From an uncultured Candidatus Melainabacteria bacterium (GTDB lineage: Bacteria > Cyanobacteriota > Vampirovibrionia > Gastranaerophilales > Gastranaerophilaceae): a stretch of 64,000 nt of DNA. A program made the position numbers and the translations under genes. Within the stretch, counting starts at the first letter, position 1. Each line of letters starts with the position of its first letter. Below the pieces are notes generated by a model. It had not been told where the DNA came from, searched no databases, and was given only the letters and a program-made list of their open reading frames with translations. The stretch lies in NCBI GenBank assembly GCA_947570135.1, contig CANOTP010000003.1, forward strand, positions 88,197 to 152,196, read 5' to 3'. Below, one piece after another: positions 17,583-25,585 of the stretch.

Positions 17583-18179
17583 ATGACAGAAAGTGATATG
17601 GAAATTTTATTAAATGCAGGCGAAAACGGCGCTGAAGCTCCGAAAATTGTTGTCCCTATTGATGAAGATATGGACACTGTTAAATCAGATGCTCCAAATA
17701 CAGTTGACGAGTTAGCTATGGAGCTTGCAACAATCAAGCAATCAGCAAAGAAAATTGCTATTATCGGAAGCCGTAATCTTCCTATCACTCATCAGCAAAT
17801 GATTGAAACACTTTCAACCGCGCTTGTTATGCAAGGTAATACAATTATTACATCAGGCGGTTCCTCAGGTACTAACGCTGCTGCTATTCGCGGGGCTATG
17901 AAAGCTAATCCTGATAAGTTATGTGTAATTTTACCGCAAACTATCGGTCAGCAGCCGTCTGACGTTCAGGATCAGTTGATTGGCGTTCCTAATATTATTG
18001 AACACTCAGATCGTGCGATGATGACTTTAGCTGACGCTTCTCGCGTTTGTAATAGAGAAATTATTGATGAATGTAATCAGTTAATCTGTTTCCTTTCTCA
18101 TACGTCTAAAACTCTTCATAATGCTGTTCAGTATGCTGAAGAAGGTCATAAAGTTATCACTGTATTTTATTTAGACTAG
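17583..18179 (+). CDS. DprA/SLOG-like Rossmann-fold protein (DNA-processing protein A-like core only)
   Basis: IAIIGSRNLP..TIITSGGSSGTNAAAIRGAM resembles the DprA core (GSR...SG.A.G.DAAAH.GA). The usual flanking domains are absent, and about 60 aa at the N-terminus look disordered. Confidence 0.4.
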   Translation: MTESDMEILLNAGENGAEAPKIVVPIDEDMDTVKSDAPNTVDELAMELATIKQSAKKIAIIGSRNLPITHQQMIETLSTALVMQGNTIITSGGSSGTNAAAIRGAMKANPDKLCVILPQTIGQQPSDVQDQLIGVPNIIEHSDRAMMTLADASRVCNREIIDECNQLICFLSHTSKTLHNAVQYAEEGHKVITVFYLD

Positions 18180-18194
18180 TTTTAGGTTTTTTAT

Positions 18195-19355
18195 ATGAGT
18201 GAAAATTTAAAGAAATTAACCGGCAAAAATCCGAAAGATTTTGAGCCAGTAGCTTGTAGTCTTATAAATAATTCCGATACGGAACTTTTTTCTGAGCTTG
18301 TCGAAAAAGACGATTTCTTGTTTGATTTTGTCAAAAATAATGTTGCAAATCGTCTTGAAAAAGCTTGTAATAAGTCAAATTATCTTAATTTGCTTAATTT
18401 TTTAAAGTTTTATTCAACGTCTTATGAAGATTTTATCGTGTCAACGCTTGCAAGATTTGCCGATGAAGATTTGACGGACAGAATGCTTGAAATTTTTGAA
18501 GGCGGTACGGATGAAGAAAAAACATATTGTGCCAAGTTTTTTTCATATATTCAAGACCCGTTGGCACTTGATTTGTTAAGAAAAAACGCGTATTCGCAAT
18601 CTCCTGCGTTGGCTTCTAATTGCGCGTCTACTCTTGCACTTTTAGGAGATGAGGAGTCTTACATAGAAGCGCTTAAAAAGCTTGACTCAGATGATGAATT
18701 TACCTGTCTTGACGGTGTGAAATTTCTTGTTTCATACGGTAAAAAAGATTCTGTAGCTAAAATTATCGAGCTAATGAAAAAGTCTTCTTTTGCCGAAAAT
18801 ATCGCAGGTGAAATTCCTTATCTTTGTCCGTTATCAGAATTAAGTCAACAGGATTGTTTGTTTGTCTTAAATTCAATTATTAACGGACTTGGTGAAATCT
18901 TAGGGCTTTGTCAGGTATTTGATTTTGAGCTATACGAAAATCTTGAAAAACTTATAAACGGCAGCAAAACCTCAGAAAGTGCCGTGGTACTGCTTAATGC
19001 AAAAGATAAATTTGATACTTTAACGGAAAATGATGAGTACCTGTTTGATGAGTCAAAAGACACGAAACAAGAAGTTCTGGAGATTAAGAATTTGCTTGAT
19101 TCTGTTGATTTAGTTCCGCTTTATACTTTAGCCGATGATGAATTAAAGTCTGACGGGTTGTTTGTGTTTACGGCGCTGGAATTAACCGAAGATACTCAGA
19201 AAGTTCGCTCGCTTTTAACTTCTTCAAGACCTGCTGTTATTGTGAAATCGCTTGAGATTCTAAGACAATTTGATGAACTTAATGCTTCAGATAAAGAAAC
19301 TGCATTAAAGTTTATAGCAGATAAGAATATTATAAACATAATCTCTGCAATGTAA
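18195..19355 (+). CDS. HEAT-repeat-like protein
   Basis: 386-aa ORF with repeated helical D/E-rich units (..DEEKTYCAKFFSYIQDPLALDLLRKNAY..ALASNCASTLALLGDEESYIEAL..) typical of HEAT/PBS-lyase-type repeats. Confidence 0.45.
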   Translation: MSENLKKLTGKNPKDFEPVACSLINNSDTELFSELVEKDDFLFDFVKNNVANRLEKACNKSNYLNLLNFLKFYSTSYEDFIVSTLARFADEDLTDRMLEIFEGGTDEEKTYCAKFFSYIQDPLALDLLRKNAYSQSPALASNCASTLALLGDEESYIEALKKLDSDDEFTCLDGVKFLVSYGKKDSVAKIIELMKKSSFAENIAGEIPYLCPLSELSQQDCLFVLNSIINGLGEILGLCQVFDFELYENLEKLINGSKTSESAVVLLNAKDKFDTLTENDEYLFDESKDTKQEVLEIKNLLDSVDLVPLYTLADDELKSDGLFVFTALELTEDTQKVRSLLTSSRPAVIVKSLEILRQFDELNASDKETALKFIADKNIINIISAM

Positions 19356-19973
19356 TTAAAACTTGTATTTATAATTTTTCGGAAATCTCCAGCCATTTTG
19401 CTGTAATAATAAAGTACAGCCTCTCGGTTTAATTCCTGTTTCGCCTTTACGGGAAAATATAAACACATCCTGACAGTATGTGTTTGGCTTTTTGCTTCCG
19501 TTAACATCTATGTAGAACCAATCGACGTAAGAAGGTTTGCCGTCTGCGTCAAAGGTATTTCTCGGGAAAAATACGATAGTCCCGTCCATTAGTTGAAATA
19601 AAAGTCTGGAATCTCCCGATGATAAATTCCATTGAGCATTGGACCATTGTTTCCAAGACATATCAGCAGGATAGCCGTAATCAACTTGAGTTTTACAGAG
19701 TCTTACAGCGCGAAAATATGGCATAAAGTAGGTTTTCCAATACTCTTCAACATTCATTTCAGCTCCCGTGGGCCAGGAATCCATACTTCCGTTATCTGTT
19801 TCAGAAAGTCTTATGGAGTTTGTAATTGATGCGTACGATTTTTTTAATTGGGTTTCGATAGCTCTTTTTTTAGCATTGGCAATCAATCCCGGTATTGTAA
19901 TTGCGGCAACTACTCCGATAATCCCGAGTGTGATTAATACTTCAGCTAAAGTGAAACCTACTTTTTTAGACAT
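19356..19973 (-). CDS. Prepilin-type N-terminal domain protein, tail subfamily B
   Basis: MSKKVG/FTLAEVLITLGIIGVVAAITIP at the N-terminus. The C-terminal part reads YIDVNGSKKPNTYCQDVFIF..LLQQNGWRFPKNYKYKF. The start is taken at ATG 19973 (RBS GAAAGG). Its stop abuts the stop of 18195-19355. Confidence 0.85.
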   Translation of the reverse strand: MSKKVGFTLAEVLITLGIIGVVAAITIPGLIANAKKRAIETQLKKSYASITNSIRLSETDNGSMDSWPTGAEMNVEEYWKTYFMPYFRAVRLCKTQVDYGYPADMSWKQWSNAQWNLSSGDSRLLFQLMDGTIVFFPRNTFDADGKPSYVDWFYIDVNGSKKPNTYCQDVFIFSRKGETGIKPRGCTLLLQQNGWRFPKNYKYKF

Positions 19974-20036
19974 AATAAACCTTTCAATTTTTAATGTTTG
20001 CATTGTTTACTACAATAAATATATTGTAATAGACAT

Positions 20037-20065
20037 ATAATAAATTGTAGAAAAATTTTTGTCAA
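20037..20065 (-). promoter_or_regulatory. Candidate sigma70-type promoter of pilin gene 19356-19973
   Basis: The minus strand reads TTGACA (20065-20060), a 17-nt spacer, then TATTAT (20042-20037). Confidence 0.45.
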
Positions 20066-20082
20066 ATGATTAAAATTTTTCT

Positions 20083-20310
20083 ATGGTTAAAAAAGAAATC
20101 TTAAAAGAGTTTGGGAGGAACCTTAAGGCGGAACGAAATCGTGCAGGGTTATCGCAAGAACAGCTTGCCGAAAAAATCGGGGTTTCGTACGGGCAGGTTG
20201 TAGGGATGATAGAAAGAGGGGAAACAAATACTTCTTTGTCTGTAATTATCGGGATTATGAATGCGCTTGATTTAGATTTTGAAAAGTTGTATAATCGCCA
20301 TAAGTTCTAA
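20083..20310 (+). CDS. XRE-family HTH regulator, divergent partner of pilin 19356
   Basis: ..RNRAGLSQEQLAEKIGVSYGQVVGMIERGETNTSLSVIIGIMNALDLDFEKL fits the HTH_XRE pattern. TAAAAT (20071-20076) lies 6 nt before the ATG. Confidence 0.85.
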   Translation: MVKKEILKEFGRNLKAERNRAGLSQEQLAEKIGVSYGQVVGMIERGETNTSLSVIIGIMNALDLDFEKLYNRHKF

Positions 20311-20329
20311 GTTAATACAGGAGAATAAT

Positions 20330-20647
20330 ATGTTTAAATTGAATAATAAAAATAATGATATCCCCGAAGGTTTTAGACAAATCACAGACCAAGAAGCCGC
20401 TAATGCTTTTCTGCGTATGGATGTTGATAAAAGTTATACCATTACAAAAAACGAGTGGATGCTAAGTTGTTTAAAAATAATGGCTGATGATATCGGAAGC
20501 CTTGACAGAGAAGCTCCAGATGCGATTATGCAAAAGTTTCAAGAATTGTCAGATGAATTTGATAAATATGATTTAGACCACAATAAAGTAATCGATTATA
20601 TTGAATATAAGAATTTCTTAATGGATAATGTATTGATATCAGAGTGA
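20330..20647 (+). CDS. EF-hand calcium-binding domain protein
   Basis: A canonical EF loop DLDHNKVIDYIE and a second degenerate loop DVDKSYTITKNE are present. The start is taken at ATG 20330, after AGGAG. Confidence 0.6.
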   Translation: MFKLNNKNNDIPEGFRQITDQEAANAFLRMDVDKSYTITKNEWMLSCLKIMADDIGSLDREAPDAIMQKFQELSDEFDKYDLDHNKVIDYIEYKNFLMDNVLISE

Positions 20648-20736
20648 AATTCTTAAATATCTTAATAATTGCGCATATTATTTACTTTTGTAATATAATT
20701 GTTGATGTAAGATTAGGGAAAACAGAGGGTAAATAC

Positions 20737-21645
20737 ATGGTATTAAGATATGATTGCGGAGAGGTTATAACAGCAATGGTTACACCGATGGAAAAATCGG
20801 GAGCTATTGATTATGATAAAGTTGAGGTTTTAGCAAAGCATTTAATAGAAAACGGCAGTGATGCACTTTTGGTTGCGGGAACAACGGGTGAATCTCCTAC
20901 TTTAACAAATGAAGAAGAAATTGAACTTGTAAGTACAGTAAAAAGAGCTGTGGCTAACCGTGCAAAAATCATATTAGGAGCAGGTTCAAACTCAACAGCA
21001 TCAGCCTTTGAGTATTCAAAATTTGCTCAAAAAGAAGGAGTTGACGCAATTCTATCTGTTGTACCATACTACAACAAACCTAATCAAAAAGGTATGATTG
21101 AACACTTTTCAGCGGTAGCAGAATCAACTGATTTGCCGATAATTTTATACAATATCCCTTCAAGAACGGGTGTTAATATGTTACCAGAAACGGTTGCTTA
21201 TCTGGCTGAAAAATATTCAAATATTGTGGCGTTGAAACAAAGTTTTGCAGATATGGATAAAATAACCGAACTTAAGATGTTATGTCCTGATGATTTTGTA
21301 ATCTATTCAGGCGATGACAGCTTAACATTGCCAATGCTTTCACTTGGTGCGCACGGGGTAATTTCTGTGGCATCTCATCTTGTAGGTTCTGAAATTAAAT
21401 CAATGATTAGAAACTACAAAACAGGTGATGTTTTAGCTGCAAGAAATATGCACAAAAAATTATACCCTGTATTCAAAAACTTATTTATGGCGCCAAATCC
21501 GGTTCCTGTCAAGGCTGCGCTTGAATACAAAGGATTAATCGATTCTCATGTCAGAAAACCTTTAACAGGATTATCTGATGATGAAAAAAATACGTTATTC
21601 AGAATAATAGATGAGGTTAAATCAGAATTAAGTCAGGAAGACTAG
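20737..21645 (+). CDS. dapA: 4-hydroxy-tetrahydrodipicolinate synthase
   Basis: AMVTPM...GTTGESPTL...YNIPSRTG... and the active-site Lys region (ALKQS) are present. The start is taken at ATG 20737 instead of the track's upstream start. Confidence 0.93.
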   Translation: MVLRYDCGEVITAMVTPMEKSGAIDYDKVEVLAKHLIENGSDALLVAGTTGESPTLTNEEEIELVSTVKRAVANRAKIILGAGSNSTASAFEYSKFAQKEGVDAILSVVPYYNKPNQKGMIEHFSAVAESTDLPIILYNIPSRTGVNMLPETVAYLAEKYSNIVALKQSFADMDKITELKMLCPDDFVIYSGDDSLTLPMLSLGAHGVISVASHLVGSEIKSMIRNYKTGDVLAARNMHKKLYPVFKNLFMAPNPVPVKAALEYKGLIDSHVRKPLTGLSDDEKNTLFRIIDEVKSELSQED

Positions 21646-21732
21646 TTCAAATTAATTTCGTTTTAAATATTATAAAAAAATATTATAAAAGAAAATAATT
21701 AATAGTTAGAACACATATAAGAGGATGAAAAA

Positions 21733-23067
21733 TTGAAGAACAAAATTATTATGTTTTGGGTCATTGTAGTAATCGTGATAGGTTGCCTTTTCACGATTTA
21801 CAAAAAGCCTACAAAACTCGGACTTGATTTAGTCGGCGGTTCAAGAATCATGCTTGAAGCACGAACTACGGGTACTGTTCCGACGATTACGCAAGAAACA
21901 ATGAGCAGATTAAAAGTTGCAATCGAAAACCGTGTAAATAAACTCGGGGTTTCGGAAACTAGTGTTGCACAAGTCGGCGAAAAAAGACTTTTGGTTGAAA
22001 TTCCAAACATCACGGATTTAAAAGAAGCAGAGGCATTTTTAGGAAAAACTGCTTTGTTAGAATTTAAAGAACCTGTGTTTGATGAAAATGGTATACAAAA
22101 ATCAGACGAACACGGTGTGATGTGGAAACCGACAGATCCTGAGTTAACGGGTGAAGACTTAAAATCAGCTTCAATCGGTTCTGATCAAACAGGTCAATGG
22201 ACGGTATCGTTAGAATTTAACGGTTCTGGAGCCGATAAGTTCGGCAAATTAACCCAAAGACTTGTCGGAAAACAAATGGCGATATTTTTTGACGGAGATG
22301 AAATATCTGCTCCTGTTATAAGAGAAGCGATCTATGGCGGAAGAGCAGAAATCTCAGGAGGTTCAAGCGGGTTTGAATATGAAGAAGCAGAAAAAATGGT
22401 TAACCTGTTAAACGCAGGTGCGTTGCCTGTTCCGTCAGAAATCATTCAGGAAAATACCGTCGGACCTACTTTGGGTGCAGATAGTATCGAAAAATCAAAG
22501 TTTGCAGGTCTTTTAGGTATCGGACTTGTAATGTTGTTTATGGTATTTTACTACAGATTACCGGGCTTCATTGCTGACGTTGCGTTGGTAATTTACGCAC
22601 TGATTTTGTTCGCATTATTCAAGATAATTCCTGTAACCCTTACATTAGCCGGTATTGCAGGTTTCATTCTGTCAGTCGGTATGGCGGTTGACGCGAATAT
22701 CCTGATTTTTGAAAGAACAAAAGAAGAATTAAGAGCAGGCAGAAACCTGTTTACTGCAATCAATTCTGGTTTTGACAGAGCCTTTACAAGTATTTTCGAT
22801 TCAAATATGACAACTGTTTTGGCTTGTGTAATATTGTATTTCTTAGGTACAAGTGTTGTTAAAGGTTTTGCTTTAACTTTGGCATTAGGTGTAATTGTTT
22901 CAATGTTCACTGCAATTACGGTTACTAAAAACTTCATGCACTTAATCTTCGGTACGGGAGAATTAAAACATCCTGAGCTGTTCGGTCTTTCTAAAGACGA
23001 AATCGGTAAGGGTTATGAAGTTACGGAAACTAAACGTGAAAAAGCACGTTTCGGTATTTTAGACTAA
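21733..23067 (+). CDS. secD: Protein translocase subunit SecD
   Basis: 444-aa ORF (non-ATG start). LGLDLVGGSRIMLEA and a C-terminal 6-TM SecD/F domain are present. Confidence 0.93.
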   Translation: MKNKIIMFWVIVVIVIGCLFTIYKKPTKLGLDLVGGSRIMLEARTTGTVPTITQETMSRLKVAIENRVNKLGVSETSVAQVGEKRLLVEIPNITDLKEAEAFLGKTALLEFKEPVFDENGIQKSDEHGVMWKPTDPELTGEDLKSASIGSDQTGQWTVSLEFNGSGADKFGKLTQRLVGKQMAIFFDGDEISAPVIREAIYGGRAEISGGSSGFEYEEAEKMVNLLNAGALPVPSEIIQENTVGPTLGADSIEKSKFAGLLGIGLVMLFMVFYYRLPGFIADVALVIYALILFALFKIIPVTLTLAGIAGFILSVGMAVDANILIFERTKEELRAGRNLFTAINSGFDRAFTSIFDSNMTTVLACVILYFLGTSVVKGFALTLALGVIVSMFTAITVTKNFMHLIFGTGELKHPELFGLSKDEIGKGYEVTETKREKARFGILD

Positions 23068-23090
23068 GAAAGTATGAGGTAAATATAGAA

Positions 23091-24062
23091 ATGTTTAATT
23101 TTAATAAGACAGTACATGTCGTAAAATATAGAATATTATGGATGTGTTTATCAGCATTGTTATTACTACCGGGGATTGCGGCGATGATTTATTCAATGGT
23201 AACATATCCGACACATTCACCTGTTAAAGTCGGTATTGACTACACAGGCGGAACAATCCTGCAATACGGTGTTCAGGAAAATATTGATAATGCTGCAGTA
23301 GCAAAAACAAGAGAAGACTTGGATAAAGCAGGTGTTCAAAACCCTTATATTCAGATTTTGAATGTTAATCCTACTGCTGAAAATAATAATATCAAATCAA
23401 TTATTTCAATTAGAACAAAATTTATTGATGAAGGCTCAGAAGATGCTGCGCTGATTACAAAAACCGTACAAAGCGAATACAAAGGTGCTGAACTTATTCA
23501 GGTAAGTTCAGTTGGTCCGACATTAGGTAAAGAACTTTTCAGAATGTCACTTATTGCGTTGTCTCTTGCGATTTTAGGGATGATTATTTATATTTCGCTA
23601 AGATTTAAGTTCGATTACGCGCTAGCTGCGATATTAGGGCTTGTTCATGACGTTTTGTTTGTAGTCGGTGTATTTTCACTGCTTGGTATTTTCTGTAATG
23701 TTCAGGTTGACGGATTGTTTTTAACTGCAATTCTGACAATTATCGGTTTCTCAATAAATGATACGATTGTAACGTTTGACAGAATCCGTGAGAACTTACG
23801 TTATTACGGTAAGAAAATGACTTTTGGCGAAATTGTGGACGCATCAGTTAACCAAACACTTGCAAGAAGTATCAATACTTCCTTGACAGTGTTTATAACC
23901 CTTGCTGCTTTGTATTTCTTTGGCGGGGTAACAACAAGAGATTTTGTGCTGGCGATGATGCTTGGTGTAATCGTTGGTGTATATTCAAGTATTTTCTTCT
24001 GCAGTATGTTAGTTGATTTCTGGGAAGAAAAGAAAGAAAAACAAACTAAAGCTATGGCTTAA
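23091..24062 (+). CDS. secF: Protein translocase subunit SecF
   Basis: 323-aa ORF. GIDYTGGT and the SecF TM domain with INDTIVTFDRIREN are present. Confidence 0.93.
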   Translation: MFNFNKTVHVVKYRILWMCLSALLLLPGIAAMIYSMVTYPTHSPVKVGIDYTGGTILQYGVQENIDNAAVAKTREDLDKAGVQNPYIQILNVNPTAENNNIKSIISIRTKFIDEGSEDAALITKTVQSEYKGAELIQVSSVGPTLGKELFRMSLIALSLAILGMIIYISLRFKFDYALAAILGLVHDVLFVVGVFSLLGIFCNVQVDGLFLTAILTIIGFSINDTIVTFDRIRENLRYYGKKMTFGEIVDASVNQTLARSINTSLTVFITLAALYFFGGVTTRDFVLAMMLGVIVGVYSSIFFCSMLVDFWEEKKEKQTKAMA

Positions 24063-24111
24063 AAATAAAAGTACAAATTTGGTTAACATTTATGGCTGTT
24101 ATATTTTTTAT
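24063..24111. repeat. ~49-bp direct repeat, copy 1 (left flank of pilin/XRE module)
   Basis: AAATAAAAGTACAAATTTGGTTAACATTTATGGCTGTTATATTTTTTAT is identical, as read, to 25156-25204. Confidence 0.9.
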
Positions 24112-24125
24112 AACAGCTTTTTTTT
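24095..24125 (+). terminator. Intrinsic terminator of secF
   Basis: Stem GCTGTTATA / TATAACAGC with a T-rich loop, followed by T8. Confidence 0.7.
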
Positions 24126-24127
24126 AT

Positions 24128-24808
24128 TTAATGTAAATAATCCATATTTTTAAAATTCATTATATAATATGCACATCCCCAGCCGTTACTGTTTTTTGGT
24201 AAACAGGCTGTTTTGTAAGAAAATTGTGTGCTTAACGGCGAGCCTAAAGGAACTAAACCTGAACCTGCATAATATTCAAACCCGAACATATCAATTCCGA
24301 TTACATTAGGTTTCTTTTGTGCATTAACGTCAACATAAATCAGCATTGAGTTTTTACTGCTGTTGATACTGTCACCTTGAAGATAAGGTCCGCGCCACCA
24401 AATTGATGTCCCGTTTAGTAATACAACTTTATATGCCCAATCAGCTGTTGCATAATTCTGTAAAGGACTACCCGATTTATAATTATAAACCCCGTTATAA
24501 ATACATTTTCCCTTTGAATCATTTGTCCCGCAATCTAAAAGCAGTTTTAAGTGTGGTTTAAGATTGTTTGCAATAAGTTCAGCACAAGCTTTATCTTGTT
24601 TTATACAACCCCAACCATCAACAGTACCGTTATCTTCTTCTGCTAATCTTAACGCTCTTGATAAAATTGAATATGTTGCAGTTAATTGAGAAACGGTTCT
24701 TTTTTCGGTAATTTTTTGCATTATTGTCGACATTGTTATTGCAGCAACGATCCCGATTATTCCGAGGGTGATTAACACTTCAGCTAATGTAAAGCAACGT
24801 AGTTTCAT
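24128..24808 (-). CDS. Prepilin-type N-terminal domain protein (Cys at -1)
   Basis: MKLRC/FTLAEVLITLGIIGIVAAITMS at the N-terminus. The C-terminal part reads YVDVNAQKKPNVIGIDMFGFEY. Confidence 0.85.
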   Translation of the reverse strand: MKLRCFTLAEVLITLGIIGIVAAITMSTIMQKITEKRTVSQLTATYSILSRALRLAEEDNGTVDGWGCIKQDKACAELIANNLKPHLKLLLDCGTNDSKGKCIYNGVYNYKSGSPLQNYATADWAYKVVLLNGTSIWWRGPYLQGDSINSSKNSMLIYVDVNAQKKPNVIGIDMFGFEYYAGSGLVPLGSPLSTQFSYKTACLPKNSNGWGCAYYIMNFKNMDYLH

Positions 24809-24845
24809 AAATCTTTTCCATCTTATTTTATGTAGATGCTATCAT

Positions 24846-24874
24846 ATTATACTCAGTTGATAGTAATAAGTCAA
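24846..24874 (-). promoter_or_regulatory. Candidate sigma70-type promoter of pilin gene 24128-24808
   Basis: The minus strand reads TTGACT (24874-24869), a 17-nt spacer, then TATAAT (24851-24846). A plus-strand TATAAT (24883-24888) for the XRE gene lies 9 bp beyond the -35. Confidence 0.5.
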
Positions 24875-24891
24875 TATCATATTATAATGGT

Positions 24892-25128
24892 ATGAGTAAC
24901 GATTTTGGTATGATAAGTAATAAAATAAGTAAAAAAGTTAAACTTGAACGTAATAAAAAAGATTACTCACAGGAAGAATTGGCTTTTCGTGCAGGGATAA
25001 ATAAAAATACTATTTGGAAAATTGAAACAGGACAAGTTTCGCCAAATATCGTAACCCTTGAAAAAATTGCTTATGCTCTTGAAATTGATTTTGCAACATT
25101 AACTGATGTTTCAAAAGTTGAATTATAG
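24892..25128 (+). CDS. XRE-family HTH regulator, divergent partner of pilin 24128
   Basis: ..YSQEELAFRAGINKNTIWKIETGQVSPNIVTLEKIAYALEIDFATL fits HTH_XRE. The start is ambiguous (ATG 24892 or 24910). Confidence 0.85.
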   Translation: MSNDFGMISNKISKKVKLERNKKDYSQEELAFRAGINKNTIWKIETGQVSPNIVTLEKIAYALEIDFATLTDVSKVEL

Positions 25129-25155
25129 CCATTAAATATGAAAAACAAATGGTTT

Positions 25156-25204
25156 AAATAAAAGTACAAATTTGGTTAACATTTATGGCTGTTATATTTT
25201 TTAT
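25156..25204. repeat. ~49-bp direct repeat, copy 2 (right flank of pilin/XRE module)
   Basis: Identical to 24063-24111. It retains only the 5' arm and loop of the secF terminator hairpin and overlaps the stop codon of 25201-25419. Confidence 0.9.
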
Positions 25205-25419
25205 GGTTTGAAACCTTCTTTAGCGGAGATATAGCAACGGTGGATTCTGTTTATTGCAGTAGTTTTGGCGATAAGCGAATTGACGTGAGCTTTGGATGTA
25301 TTCTCACGTATACGGAGGATTCCAGCGATTTCACGGTTGCTGTAGCCTTTAACAACAAGACCAAGAACCTCAAACTCTCTTTTTGTAATATCAAGATACT
25401 CAGGTTCAAATTTTACCAT
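25201..25419 (-). CDS. LuxR/GerE-type HTH protein (stand-alone DNA-binding domain)
   Basis: ITKREFEVLGLVVKGYSNREIAGILRIRENTSKAHVNSL matches the LuxR_C-like HTH pattern. Confidence 0.75.
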   Translation of the reverse strand: MVKFEPEYLDITKREFEVLGLVVKGYSNREIAGILRIRENTSKAHVNSLIAKTTAINRIHRCYISAKEGFKP

Positions 25420-25585
25420 TTGTCGTCCTCGCTAAGTAACACATTAATACAATATATTGTTAAGCTTTATATTAAAAATGTTTGCATTATATCCTAAAAT
25501 AACTTATGGTTTTAAAAATGATTATGCTAGTCAACGAAGATGATAAAAATTTTAAGTAACCGAATTTTTGTCATATAATAGTTGT

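Noticed and set aside
24063-25204. The 49-bp flanking direct repeats were considered as the target-site duplication of a classical IS element or transposon.
   Set aside because: The bracketed segment has no transposase, no integrase and no terminal inverted repeats, and 49 bp is far longer than known IS target duplications. It is kept as an insertion or duplication scar of unknown mechanism.
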